Below are positions 12,681 to 24,691 of a stretch of DNA of 64,000 nt, piece after piece; the first letter of the stretch is position 1; each line of letters starts with the position of its first letter. The notes beneath the pieces are model-generated. The model was not told the origin of the DNA and searched no databases. It saw only the letters and a list, made by a program, of their open reading frames with translations. Location of the stretch: positions 21,948,001 to 22,012,000 of the forward strand of contig NC_134474.1 in assembly GCF_964194025.1 (NCBI RefSeq). Direction: 5' to 3'. A program made the translations under genes and the position numbers. This DNA is from Convolutriloba macropyga. Its lineage: Eukaryota.

Positions 12681-13139
12681 GCAATTTAAAAAAATAATAA
12701 TAAATGATGAAATAACCAGATTAATAAATTATTTAAAACTGAGATAAGTTAATGATGTTGAAAATAGTGTCAACGTTTTGAGGCCAATGTTATTCGTTCA
12801 GGCAATGGACCAATAAAGTTTTTTAAAAAGTTTTTCGGCATTTTAAGTTTCATATTTTCATCCATTTTTTCCAAAAGATTCTAATTTAAAACCATTGTTA
12901 ATATAGTAGGCATTTTAAATATAATTATGAAAAATCTTGGAACAAAAGTTTAGGGGTTTAGCTTTAGGGAACATTAAGCGTCACCAATTAAGGAATATAA
13001 GGCTACACAACAAGTTGAACCACCCGTTTTAAGCCTGAAAAAGCAGGAGTTTTTTTTTTTTAAAAAAGTATGTGAATAAAAGCTGAGGTTTTTGAAGAAA
13101 TTTGAAAAGTATTTAGACTTTGTGCACTGAGAGAGACAT

Positions 13140-14620
13140 CTTTCTTTTAAAGATGTCAGTCAATTCAAATTAGATAATTTACCTTATGCAGACCCTCCGA
13201 CGTTTTTATCTACTGGTAGGAAGAACAATGATTATCTTCTCAACAAATTAAATCCCCTCCCTCATTGATAGTGGAATTATTAATCTAATTAAAGAAGGAC
13301 AAAAAAATCTAGAGGAAAGAATTTATTTCTATGCGTTAACAGGAAAAAGGGTTTTGTTAAAGATGTCAGTCATTTCAAGTTATGTCATTTATCTTACGCA
13401 GACACTAAAACTACTTGTAAGAAAAAAATAATTGTTAGGGACTCATTGATTTCATATCCCCTGATTAAAAGAAGAAAAATTAAGTTAATCAAAGATGGTT
13501 CTAATTTAGAAGAAACATTTTAGGTTTTTACTCATTAAAAGGGACTAAGGGTTTGTTTAAAGGTGTCCGTCAATTCAAGTTAGACTATTTATCTTACGCA
13601 GACACTAAAACTGGTTTTTTAATTAGTAGGAAGCATAATCATTGTCTACTCATTAGATAAAAGGTATCCGTCAATTCAGATTAGGTCAATTATCTTACAC
13701 GGACACTAAAACATTCTTATCTACTAGTAAGAATTATAAGGATATTCTAATCCAGAGGAAAAAATTTAGTTTTTAACACGTTAGCATGGAATAAGGGCTT
13801 TGTTAAAGATGTCAGACAATACAAAATTGATCAATCACATTACGCAGACCCTAAAACGGTTTTATTAAATGTTCAGAAGTGTAATGATTATCTACGGAGC
13901 AAAATAGATCCCTTGAATTAATGGGGAAACATTGAACTAATTAAATATGAACATTCTAATCTAAAATCTCTTTTTTATACATTAAGAGAGAATAAGGGTT
14001 TTGTCAAAGATGTTAGTCTTTTCAAATTATATCATTTATATTACGCAGATCCTAAAACAGATTTATCCACTGGTAAGGAGAATAAAGATTATCTATTCAA
14101 CAAATTAAATCCCTTGGTTGATAGGGGAAACATTAAATTAATTAAAAAAAGACATTCTAATCTGGAAAATTTAATTTAGTTTTTCACACATTAACAGGGA
14201 CTAAGGGTTATCTTAAAGATGTCAGTCGATTCAAGTTAGAGTATTTAATTTACACAGACACTAAAACTGTTTTTTAATAAGGAGGGAGCAGAATGGTTGT
14301 CTACTCATTAAATAAAATCCCTTGATTGATAGAGGGAACGTTAAATCAATAGAAAAAAATACTCTAAGACAGAAGAAAAAAATATTAGTTTTTAACACAT
14401 TAACAGGAAATAAGGGTTTTGTTAAAGATGTCAGAAATGGCAAGTTCGATCGTTTATCTTATGCAGACACTAAAATTGGTTAATCTACTTTTAAGAAGTA
14501 TAATGATTGCCTACTCATTCTAGATTCTAATCCTGGAGATTCTAATCCAGGAAAAAAAATTACTGAGGAAATGTTAAGTAATCAAAGAAGGATCTTCTAC
14601 TCTAGAAAAAAATTATTTTT
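13140..14620 (+). repeat. ~205-210-bp tandem array (8 units), probably a decayed ORF of ~70-aa repeats
   Basis: AAGATGTCAG-like unit starts at about 13149, 13359, 13560, 13661, 13806, 14007, 14216, 14425; units translate as GFVKDVSxFKLxxLSYADxKT...NPLxDRGNIKLIK...SNLE. Confidence 0.75.
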
Positions 14621-14639
14621 TTACTCGACTTCTTGCAAC

Positions 14640-16860
14640 TCCAGATGGCGTGCTGTCCATATTTGAACGGACTTTCTGGTTTTTTTCTTTTGTAGAACCT
14701 TCAGCGTTGTTTGCGAAAGTCCTTGTTTTTGATTTGGAAAGTTGTCTGAGCTAACAATTCTTCATGCATAAAAGCTGTTGATAGTAACCAGTCTTTGGAA
14801 ACAATCAAATTTGCCGCCAGTAGCCGATGGTCCTGTAGGTGTCGCAGCCATTGCCCTTTAAGCTGAGGGTGAAGTTTTCTCGTTGCTCTAACTCCTTCCA
14901 TTTCCAGATCAAGCTGAGATCCAAGCCGCGTCAAAATGTTAACGGTATTTGTTACTGTGTTTGCAAAACGATCAGATCTACTGGAATCAGAGTGTTACTG
15001 GTAGGTGGCTGTACATCTTTTTAGATTAAGCTTCGACTTTGACTCTCAGTCTGCCAAACCTTTTGCAAAGTACGTCCCAAGCTTGACAATATAGCTGAGA
15101 GCTGAAACCCAATCCAGATATTGCCTCTTTTGACTGACCAGCAAATCTAATCTTAAAGCAAAGCAAATACTGCATTTCTCAGTACCGCTTAGCCGTTTTT
15201 GATGCACAATGATATCAATTATTTCTGCCACTCGAGCCACTCCAATTGGTCTCCTGAGAACTCCGTTAACTTTTATAATCCTCTTGGATCACCAATCGTT
15301 TGGTAAACTACTGGTGGGGTAGTTTGGCATATCGCAGCTTGGCATTGACTGTTACAAGATTTGTGCTCGGGACTTTGACTTCTCTGTCGGTTTTGGAATG
15401 CTGACGTTTTTTGCTGTTGGAACGCCTTAGGCAAATGCGTTTGTGTTTCTGTCACCATAATGATTTAGGGACTTCTTGTTTCCATGAATACTCGAGTCAG
15501 GCAATTGCATTGAGAAGAGTAGTACAGCCGTTTTGAACAGCGGGGGTGGTTTTCGGGTAGGCGCTCCAAATTTTTTGCAACGGTCCTGTGTGTCATTTCT
15601 AGGAGGGTCGAGCAGAGCACGTGGAGATTGTGGCCGGCTGGGGCCAGACTGTTGGGTGACTGAATCTGCCAAGCCTGCCGTTTTCTCTAGCTTATGTCTT
15701 GTGTCTTGATCTAACACTTTCTATGTCTTCTGCCTGCGACCTAGATGCTCTTGCACTTTTTTTCGTTTGTTTTCGAGGTCTCGCTCATGTTGTCTCACAT
15801 GTAGTTCGTCTCGCTATAGTCTCTACTTTACTTTAGATGTTAATTGTGTCCCTGTTATCTTTGTTATCGTTGCTGTAGAGGTAGATCTAATTGCTCTTGC
15901 CGTTGACATAGTTCATCAATTTTTCTAGCTCATATTTTTGCGAGCTCCACTTCAATCTCGCGCCTTCTTGGTGAACGTGAGAAAACAATACTCGGTTTTT
16001 TCCTGCTTCGGTGTGCATTAGAATGCCTAGAAGAGACCTCAATGTTTTCTTCGAAATGTTCCGTCACTCAGTTTCCCATCTCAACTAACGTTTTGTTTAG
16101 TTCCTTTTCACTTGAAGAGATTGATGATGCTAGAGATCTGATTTCCACTCTCTGTGGTTTGGCAATGCTGTTTAGTTAGACCTGGATAGAATCTCCAATC
16201 TTTACTAGAAATGTTAAATCCTACAACTCAAACGTCCGGTGTGCAAGTTGAGTAATCTCTGTGTTTCTTTGGTCTAGTTTTATGATCTTTTCTAATGTTA
16301 AACAATCTTTGCTTCAGAGAGTCACTTAGGTTCTCTGCTTCGCAATCATTATTCACAACGGACAATTCAGCATGAATTACCTCACATTCTTGCACCAGTT
16401 GGTGCAGTCGGAGAGTATCTTTCCCATGGATAACAATTTCGTTGCGGCACTGTTCAATTTTTCCAAGTTCTGGTATTTGTTCGACCAAAAAGTCGAGTCT
16501 TGTTCTTTTCGCCCAAATTTCGCTCAGTGTTAGCGCTGAAATTTTCCGAATAATTCGGCTTCAGTAGTCGCCTCTGTCGCTATCTGTTTTCTTCGAGGTC
16601 ATCGTAAGTCTCAAAAAAATATCGATATGCTCTTTCGGCAGACACTGTTTTTTTCTGGGCTAAGTGACTATCCACATTAGCAAGATGTCTGTCAAAAATC
16701 TTGAGCAATTCACCTTGCTCATTTTATAGTCTCTTGAATTGTCCTGACATGTTGAAGTCAGAAGTTTCCTAATGTCTGTTGGGGTTCCTTCCAGCAATCT
16801 TGAGGATTTCGTTCTGCTCCACCAAATTGAACTGAAGATTCGTTGCTGCTCGTGTTGATG
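14640..16860 (-). pseudogene. BEL/Pao LTR-retrotransposon gag remnant (DUF1759-type), 3'-truncated
   Basis: Minus-strand KLTEFSGDQLEWLEW (~15230-15275), EMQYL...GQSKEAISGLGFSSQ, FGRLRVKVEA, KLHPQLKGQWLRHL; many stops. Confidence 0.8.
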
Positions 16861-16877
16861 TCCGGGTTGGCGGACCA
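16861..16877 (-). promoter_or_regulatory. Primer-binding site, tRNA-Tyr-like
   Basis: Minus strand ...CGCGACA-TT-TGGTCCGCCAACCCGGA: LTR-end CA, 2-nt spacer, then TGG-TCC...CCGGA, complementary to a tRNA 3' end with G72/A73 (Tyr identity); immediately upstream of the gag. Confidence 0.65.
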
Positions 16878-16879
16878 AA

Positions 16880-17525
16880 TGTCGCGGCTGTTGCAGAATC
16901 TCAGCGGAACCGAATTATCAGAGCCTGGTTCTTGAGTTTAACGCCGCCCTGGTTTTTCACTCATTTGAATTGTCTGATAATCTCGTCGAATCAATTAGTA
17001 GCTCGGTCTTATTAAAAGAGTGTAACTGACTTTTGATTTGATCAAATTAAAGTTAAGATTATCCTAAGTGATAAACTCTTTCCAATCTTTAAATTCCATG
17101 TAATAAAATTTAAAAGGCTTCAGTAAGTTTTAGTTATTTTGCCAATTTTTTTAAGAAAGCTCAAACAACTCAGAAAACTTTTTTCCGACTTTAGTACCTA
17201 GCAACTTAAACTTGACAAAGACTAAAGATGATCACGAATCAACTTATAGTCAATTTGAAAACCAACTGATCTAGGTAACAGCTTCTTGAGGTTCTAAATT
17301 TGAAACAATTTCACTATCCAAATAAATGGTTTAAAGTTAAAAAAATTTAAATGTCATTTATAACGTCATCATAAATTGCTCCTGGTAGGTTAATCAAGTA
17401 AAAAAATTTATGCCAATATTTAAACTGTAAATGTCAAGTATCTGCGCAGTATGGTTTCATTGAAAAACGGCACCAAGGGTTATTACGTAGCAATGGATGC
17501 CTTCAATATATTGCGTGAAACCACA
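16880..17525 (-). mobile_element. Probable 5' LTR of the BEL/Pao element (distal boundary uncertain)
   Basis: Begins TGT at 16880 next to the PBS; candidate ...CCACA end near 17525. No second LTR in the window to confirm. Confidence 0.4.
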
Positions 17526-19254
17526 AGCAAATAACCAAGAGTTCACTTAATTAACATAAGCGGATATTTAACTATAAATAGAAATTTGTAAAAAATGTAA
17601 TTTTGCACTAATTATGTTTTGATAGCCACACTTGTGAGTCTTATTTAAAATTGTTCGCGGTGTCCAGGCTGAGACAGTTGGTTGCTCAGGTTTTCTATTC
17701 AAAAAATCCGGGGCGGAGGCGGGAGGGCGAACAGCTTTGGAGTTCAAACTTGTGAAGCTTTCAGTTTCAATTTTTTTTTATTTCTGACAAATGAAATGTT
17801 TTTTAGTTTCAAAAGTTAGTTCTTGCTGCCTGATGGCTCTTTCTTATGATTTGAAGTGGGGCCAACAAAAAGTTCATTGAACATTATCAACAAAATTTAA
17901 AAGTATGATGCGTTAATTTTGTAACTTATAATTTACTCTCATCTTCGTAAAGCATATGCCAAAGAGAAAGTTAGCGATCAAGCATTGAGCATGGGGTCAG
18001 TTACCAAGGATTGAGGTTAGAAAAATTTAATAACTGTGAAAACTCTTAACCAATGAAAGCGGGATATAGCCCAATATGTCCACATTGAAGCGAACTGTGA
18101 AATCGTATTTCTTCCTGAATTCAAAATAAAAACTTAAAAAGGTAAAACAAATTGCGTCCCAGATATTGCTAACGTTGTTGTGTAGTTATTTACTCATTAA
18201 CAACGATCTGTGAAAAAAAACCCTATCATCTTTTTGTTAAGTTGTCACTGCCAAAATGCCAGAAAAGCTATGAGTGCGAGGAAAACACTTTTTAGTTATA
18301 CTGCTGGCCTCAGATACTTAAAAGACGGGGTAAATCGCGTGACCACGTGTATAACCAGAGAGTTCAAACTCTTGGTAATTGGTTTAGTATAAATGCAAAT
18401 TAAATTCAAATAAGAATAAATAAGTTTTTGTTAAACAGCATCAAACAGAAACCGAGCTTGAAGGGATAGAGTTATTCTAAGGAGCTATTAAATTAATGTT
18501 AAGATAGTACATTTTCGATCATTCTATTTTGCTTTTATAAATTAGACATAAACTAAAAGGTATTAGAGAGCGATATTTGGAATTTATATGGAATTTTCAT
18601 TGAAAGTTTTACGCTAAATATTGAGTTTTATATGAATTAGAATGATTTTTTTTAGCCAAGATCTTGTACCAAATGTTTTTAGGTTAGAAATATATCTCAA
18701 GGAGTTAAGAGACGAGTAAGGGGGACAATGCGATAGTGTGTATCAAATCAGCAAGTTACCAGGGATCAAAATTGTTGATGGTTGAGCTCCTTTTCTACAT
18801 GTGGATACGCAGTCTCTAAGCTCCTTTTGGTAGAGATAACGATATCGTAGTTCCAAAAAACTAATTTAGTAATCTCAAAGTTGCGTGATATGATCACGTT
18901 ATGATGTTATGCTCATTTTCACGTTTGTGATCTAAAATAATAAGTACTCAAAACTACTTAGTAATTTGTTCACATGATATAGTTGACTTTGTCCAAATCA
19001 GATTTCTGCTTAACGCACTATAAAGTAATTCTCAAAATAAAAATAGATTATCAATTTCATGGTACTGATTGTAGCACACTGTAGTACATAGTCATACTAG
19101 CTCATATATGATGTGCATGATTTCTTAGAAGTCATACAAGAAAATAGAAATTTCTTCAAGAACTAATAAAAGCCGCCGATTTTGACTATATAGAGCTTCC
19201 TATATCATCTTGAGACAAACGCAGGCAAGTTTTAGGCATTTGTTTTAAATCAAG

Positions 19255-19284
19255 AAACATATGATTTCCTGGGTTTCGTAAAAT

Positions 19285-19347
<63 letters not shown>

Positions 19348-19770
19348 CCAGGTTTAACAATCATATATTGTTTGCTGGGTCTATAATTTTTGAATAAATT
19401 GCTTTTTTTTCAGTTACTTAGGTATTGCGAGAGGTTAATTGTAATTTAAATCCTTGATTTTCCTTAAGGATCATATAGAATTTCCTAAATTTTGTACAAG
19501 GATCCTGCATGATTTCCTGAATTTCATTCAAAAATTAAATACGATTTCCCGGATTTTATACAAGGACCTTATATTATTTGCTGGGTCTCATATTTCTCCA
19601 TAAATTGTTTTTTTGGTTGTTTGAAGTCGTACGAGATGTGATCTGTGAATAAAATATAGTTTTACCGCAAGAATCAAATTTTATTTCCTAAGTTTGTTGC
19701 AAGGATCATATAAGATTTCCTGGCTTTCGTTCAAGGACAATATATGATTTCCTTGGTTACTTGCAATTTA
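19255..19770. repeat. Degenerate ~35-40-bp repeats (caaggatcatatatgatttcctg) with an embedded (AT)n tract at ~19288-19343
   Basis: GATTTCC(T)...CAAGGA motif recurs about 9 times. Confidence 0.7.
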
Positions 19771-20123
19771 ATTTCAGTTATTAAAATTGTGGAAATTGTG
19801 TCAATTTTGGACTTATCATCTCTGAAGATTGGTTATATACAATTTTTTTCCATCAAACTGCGCCCCTCATATCTTTTCACCCAAATTCCAAATTTTATTT
19901 GCGGATTGACCAACACTGGAATAATTAGCAAGAAAAAATGAGTTTTACGCACAAACACGCAGTGCTCATCGGTTTTCCACGCTTAAGCTGCAGCACTGTT
20001 TATATTTTGTTCGCAATTGCCTTTTTGATCGTAAACCAGCGACCAAATTGTACTTTGAAAAGTCATGAAAAGATAAACCCATCAAAAGATCTTGTCATCA
20101 ATTATTCACGTACAACTACCACC

Positions 20124-20345
20124 ATGGACCCAGAAAGTGGCGCCGTGCTCAATTGTGAAGATTTAAAGAAGTCGGTGATGAAAACAGGTAGATAGCCTTT
20201 TACTTTAAGTTAGTTTTATGTTTTGTTACCTACGTCTATTCATTACAATCAAGTCAAATAATGCTTTTAATTAGTGGCCAGCCAGTATTTGGTCAAGCAA
20301 GCAACCCAGAGGCTAATAAGTCCAGTTTTGGAAACGCGTTCAAAA
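20124..20345 (+). CDS. Two candidate 5' coding exons of an unidentified host gene (20124-20187, 20275-20345)
   Basis: accATGg start, GT donor at 20188, ttaattag acceptor, AAA|GTAAGC donor; splices in frame to MDPESGAVLNCEDLKKSVMKTVASQYLVKQATQRLISPVLETRSK. No homology recognised. Confidence 0.3.
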
Positions 20346-20489
20346 GTAAGCCAAAAGTTTTAAAGATAGCGGCATTGTAAATTTGATTAGTGGAAAGGGG
20401 AGGGGTCGGGGCTCGCAGTGGGGCGTTTTCCCGCCTGCCTGTCCATCCCACAGCAGATGAAGGGTGACAGACATAGCCATGAAAATGGT

Positions 20490-21780
20490 CGGCTGGGGCT
20501 CGCCATATAGGTCAGACCTCGACTTATGAAAAAACCGTGCTCGACCCAAAATATGTATGAAAAGACCACGCTCAATCCAAGCTGCCTCTGAAAATACAAA
20601 AAAGACTTTATCTCGACCCAGTTTTTAGCGTCCAGACTTCAGCGCGACCCAAAATTCTGCTTCTCAAAATTAGCTCTACGCAAACTGTGCTCGACTCAAA
20701 GTAATAAATAACAAATAATTGGGTCCAGCTGTAGACAAATATTGAGTCGTGCAAAAGTCTTCCTGAATCTGCTCTTTGACTCAAAAATTTTCACGTGCAA
20801 GTTTATTGCTCACCATTTTTGCTTATAACATAGTCAGCATAACCGCTACTTCATCTGCTATTCTGAGAAGCCACTAACCAAAAAAAAATGCACTTTTTCA
20901 ATAAACGGCAATTCAAATTTAAGAAAAGAAGCAGCTGAAAATTGTCAAATTTTCATCATGGCTACCGAGAAGACGCCAATTACACCTAAACCACCTGGTT
21001 TCAATCAGTCAAACATTTTGTCAAAAGACTCCATCGGCGAAAACTTCTTTATCTTAACAGTTGACCACATTTTAAAATCTTTTGGCTCCAAGTTCAGAAC
21101 TCGACTTATGAAAACACCATGGTCGACCGAAAAAGTGGAGTGAAAAGACCGTGCTCGACTCAAAATGTTTAGCTGGACCTAAGACCTCATTTAGATTTCC
21201 GACCGACAAAAATTTTGATGCCGAACTTGAACTCGACCCAAATATGATGCTCGACTTTATATGATGCTCAACCGAAAATCTTTACACTGGACCTGAAAAT
21301 TCACATTTGTGCTGAAAATTGGCTAGTAATTATAACGTAGTCAACGGGTTTGACCGTTGAAATTGTTCAATAATTCTAAAATTTTAATGAAAAACGAACT
21401 GTGCTATTATAAACATACAAAATAAAACGAATTTAAGAATCAAATGAACTAAACTATAACACACTCAGCTCACTGCCGTTGAAAAGTCGACAGAAATTAT
21501 TGTTTCATAATATTTTTCGCAAATTTACACCTCTTTTTCGCAGGCAGAAAGCTTGTTGCAACACTAGTTTGGTGTTGTTGGTGGATGCTACACATCTACA
21601 AAGAAGTATAGAAACATTAAATATTTTTAATCCCTGAAAATCGAAACCCTCAACTCAGCAGGACCATGCTCGACCTATTAAAAGACCATGCTCGACCTTA
21701 AAATTTTATGAAAAGACTTTATCTGGAACCATGAAAAATTTCTACCTCGTTTCTAACTAGGATCTGGAACATGTAATTAC
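20490..21780. repeat. Dispersed repeat family with spaced CTCGACCCAAA-like motifs
   Basis: More than 15 CT(C/G)GAC(C/T)CA motifs at ~20-40-bp spacing; a similar cluster and the same unique segments recur at 48140-48910 and (inverted) 25010-25290. Confidence 0.65.
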
Positions 21781-22106
21781 AGTCAATATTGGAATCCCCT
21801 AAAATAAAAGTAAAATCATTTCATGAGTCTAATCCAGGGCACGTTCCCAGCTGTTATTAAAATGGACTGCTCTACAGCTATCATGTTTAGTCTTGCTCTG
21901 TTGCTGTTTTTGATTGCACAGAAGCAGAAAAACGTCTATGAAACACAAATATTGCAAAGAAGGCGATTTGAGCAAAAGATTGCTCGAACAATTTTGACTG
22001 ATCTTCAATATCTTGTAACTCGGCCAATGAAAAGTTTTCCAACGATCCACGAAACGACCAAAATAGGCCCAATTTTCCAATGAAAAGTTTTTCACTTCAA
22101 TGTGTA

Positions 22107-22306
22107 NNNNNNNNNNNNNNNNNNNNNNNNNNNNNNNNNNNNNNNNNNNNNNNNNNNNNNNNNNNNNNNNNNNNNNNNNNNNNNNNNNNNNNNNNNNNNN
22201 NNNNNNNNNNNNNNNNNNNNNNNNNNNNNNNNNNNNNNNNNNNNNNNNNNNNNNNNNNNNNNNNNNNNNNNNNNNNNNNNNNNNNNNNNNNNNNNNNNNN
22301 NNNNNN
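22107..22306. other. Assembly gap (N run)
   Basis: Run of N. Confidence 1.
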
Positions 22307-24426
22307 ACACTGTCTCGAGTGCCCTTTTTAAAAAAAACAGCAGCTCAATTTTGTTAACCGCGGATCAAAGTTTTCAATGGCAATTATGTAATAATTGCGC
22401 TGAGAGCCACTAAGAGAAAAAAATTTTTTAGCAGATAAACTTTACAAAATTATCCGCTCAATGTAGTGGCTTTTAAATGTATCACAAGTCAGGCTCTATA
22501 ATTGGGAACCAATGGACGACTGAATAATGAAGCAAGTTTTTTCTTACTTGCACTGAAAAGCCTTATTAAACCAAACTCCCTATTGTGTTTGTGTGTGGGA
22601 TTGTGTGAGCGGTTGTATGTGTGTTAGAGTGTACTTGTTTCTGCTTGTTTTTGTTTTTGTATCAAAATATTTAAATTTTTCAACGAGAATTTGTTCATGA
22701 ACTGCATCGGCCATTGGGCACAAAAAATTAAGCGATATAAAAGCAACTCCAGAAATTGTCAGCGGATCTTTTTTTCTAATCCTTAACATTGATAAATTTT
22801 TATTACTGAAAATCGTTGCATACCAAAAAAAGGATATCGTTTTATAATGTATTTCAGTGCATCTAAGAAACAACACACTTCATTATTCGTTCATTCACTG
22901 GTTCTCAAATTCAGACCTCGACTTTTGTCAGACTCATAAAATTTAGTGGTTTGTCATTATTGACTGAGCATACACAGTGAAGTGGAATTATTTGCAATAC
23001 AGTATAACACAATTGTCATGTTTTCATGGGTTGTTTTAAAATGCTTTTCTGGATACGTAAGAAAAAACTTGTTTCAAAATTCAGTCATCCATTGGTTCCC
23101 AAATTTAGAGCCTGACCATGTGAATGCGTTTAAAAGCCACTACATTAAGCTGATACCTTTGTAAAGTTTGTCTGCTGAACTTAAGCAGATAAACTTTACA
23201 AAATTATCCGCTTAATGTAGTTGCTCTTAAACGTATTCACAAGTCGGGCTCTAAAATTGGGGATCAATGGATGACTGATTAATGAAGCATGTTTCTTCTT
23301 AGGTGCCCCAAAAAGCATTATAAACAGAAACTCCGTTTTTGGTATGCAACGATTTTCAATTATAAAAACTTATCATTCTATAAAGATTAGAAAACAAAAT
23401 CCGTTAACAATTTTTGGAGTAGCTTTTACTTCGCCCAATTTTTTGTGCACAATGGCCGGTACAGTTTATGAACGAATTCTCGTTACAAAATATACGCATT
23501 TTGATACAAAAAACAATAACAAGCAGAAGCAAGTACACTCTTACACAAATACACCCGCTCACACAAACCCACAAACACAAACACACAAATGGGAGTTTCG
23601 TTTTATAATGCTTTTCAGGTCACCTAAGAAAATCTTGCTTCATTTTTCAGTCATCCATTGTTTCCCAATTTTAGAGCCTGACTTGTGAATGCGTTTAAAA
23701 GCCACAACATTAAGTGGATAAATTTGTAAAAATTATCTGCTGAACTTAAGCATCTAAACTTCACAAAATTATCCGCCCAATGTAGTTGCTTTTAAACGCA
23801 CTCACAAGTCAGGCTCTTAAATTGGGAATCAATGGATGGCTGATTAATGAAGCATGTCTCTTCTTAGTTGCTCTGAAAAGCATTATAAAAAGAAACTCTC
23901 TTTTTGGTATGCAACGATTTTCAATTATAAAAATTTATCATTATATAAAGATTAGAAAACAAAATCCGTTAACAATTTTTGGAGTTGCTTTTACCACGCC
24001 CAAATTTTTGTGCACAATGGCCGGTACAGTTTATGAACGAAGTATTTTTATAATATATACGCATTTTGATACAAAAATAAAAACAAGCAGAAGCAAGTAA
24101 CCTCTAACACAACTACACCCTCTCACACAAACCCACACACATAAACACACACATGAGAGTTTCGTTTTACAATGCTTTTCAGGGCACCTATGAAAATCTT
24201 GCTTCCTTGTTCAGTCATCCATTGGTTCCCATTTTTAGAGCCTGACTAGTGAATTCATTTAAAAGCCACTACATTGAGCGGATAATTTTTTAAACTTTAT
24301 CTGCTGAAAAATATTTTCTTTTAGTGGCAGTCAGCACAATTATTACATAATTGCCATTGAAAACTTTGATCCGCGGTTAACAAAATTGAATTGCTGTTTT
24401 TTTTAAAAGTGCATTCGAGACAGTGT
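22307..24426. mobile_element. Foldback-type element with long TIRs and three internally palindromic modules
   Basis: ACACTGTCTCGA...CCGCGGATCAAAG... (from 22307) is the inverse of ...CTTTGATCCGCGG...TCGAGACAGTGT (to 24426); modules ~22430-23177, 23184-23741, 23748-24305 joined by CTGCTGAACTTAAGCA. Confidence 0.8.
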
Positions 24427-24574
24427 CCATATTAGGAGATATTAGTATTTCACGTGCTATTTTCAGAAAATCATTCACTTGTAAAATTAGGTCTTCAACT
24501 TTTGATTTTGCAGAAATTTTCATCTCAAAGCTGTTGAAAATAATTGTGCACGACCTGAGAAGTCCATGAGTAGA

Positions 24575-24629
<55 letters not shown>

Positions 24630-24691
24630 ATGTACAAGAAAGATTTTCTGAAAATAACACGTGAAATACTAATATCTATTAATATGGACAC
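24423..24691. repeat. ~60-bp inverted repeat enclosing an (AT)n tract
   Basis: gtgtccatatt...tatttcacgtg...ttttcagaaaatc vs gattttctgaaaa...cacgtgaaata...aatatggacac; (AT)n at about 24580-24626. Confidence 0.8.

Larger units (their letters stand above)
2455..12700. mobile_element. Decayed Polinton/Maverick-like (polinton-like virus) region, tandemly duplicated
   Basis: Block A 2455-5965 realigns with block B from 5966 (both start cgcaccaccttttactga...aatctatcaaacatagctga); 11020-12680 repeats 9250-11010. Contains remnants of ATPase, minor capsid and major capsid genes. Confidence 0.75.

Noticed and set aside
20490-21300. CRISPR-like array (short conserved motif with variable spacers)
   Set aside because: The motif is only ~9-11 bp, degenerate and irregularly spaced, linkers are partly related, there are no cas genes and the context is eukaryotic; better explained as transposon subterminal repeats.
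22580-24100. Similar ~100-aa ORFs (22580..22876, 23344..23688, 23786..24100)
   Set aside because: Similarity reflects the duplicated foldback modules; starts and stops are inconsistent and no domain is recognisable.
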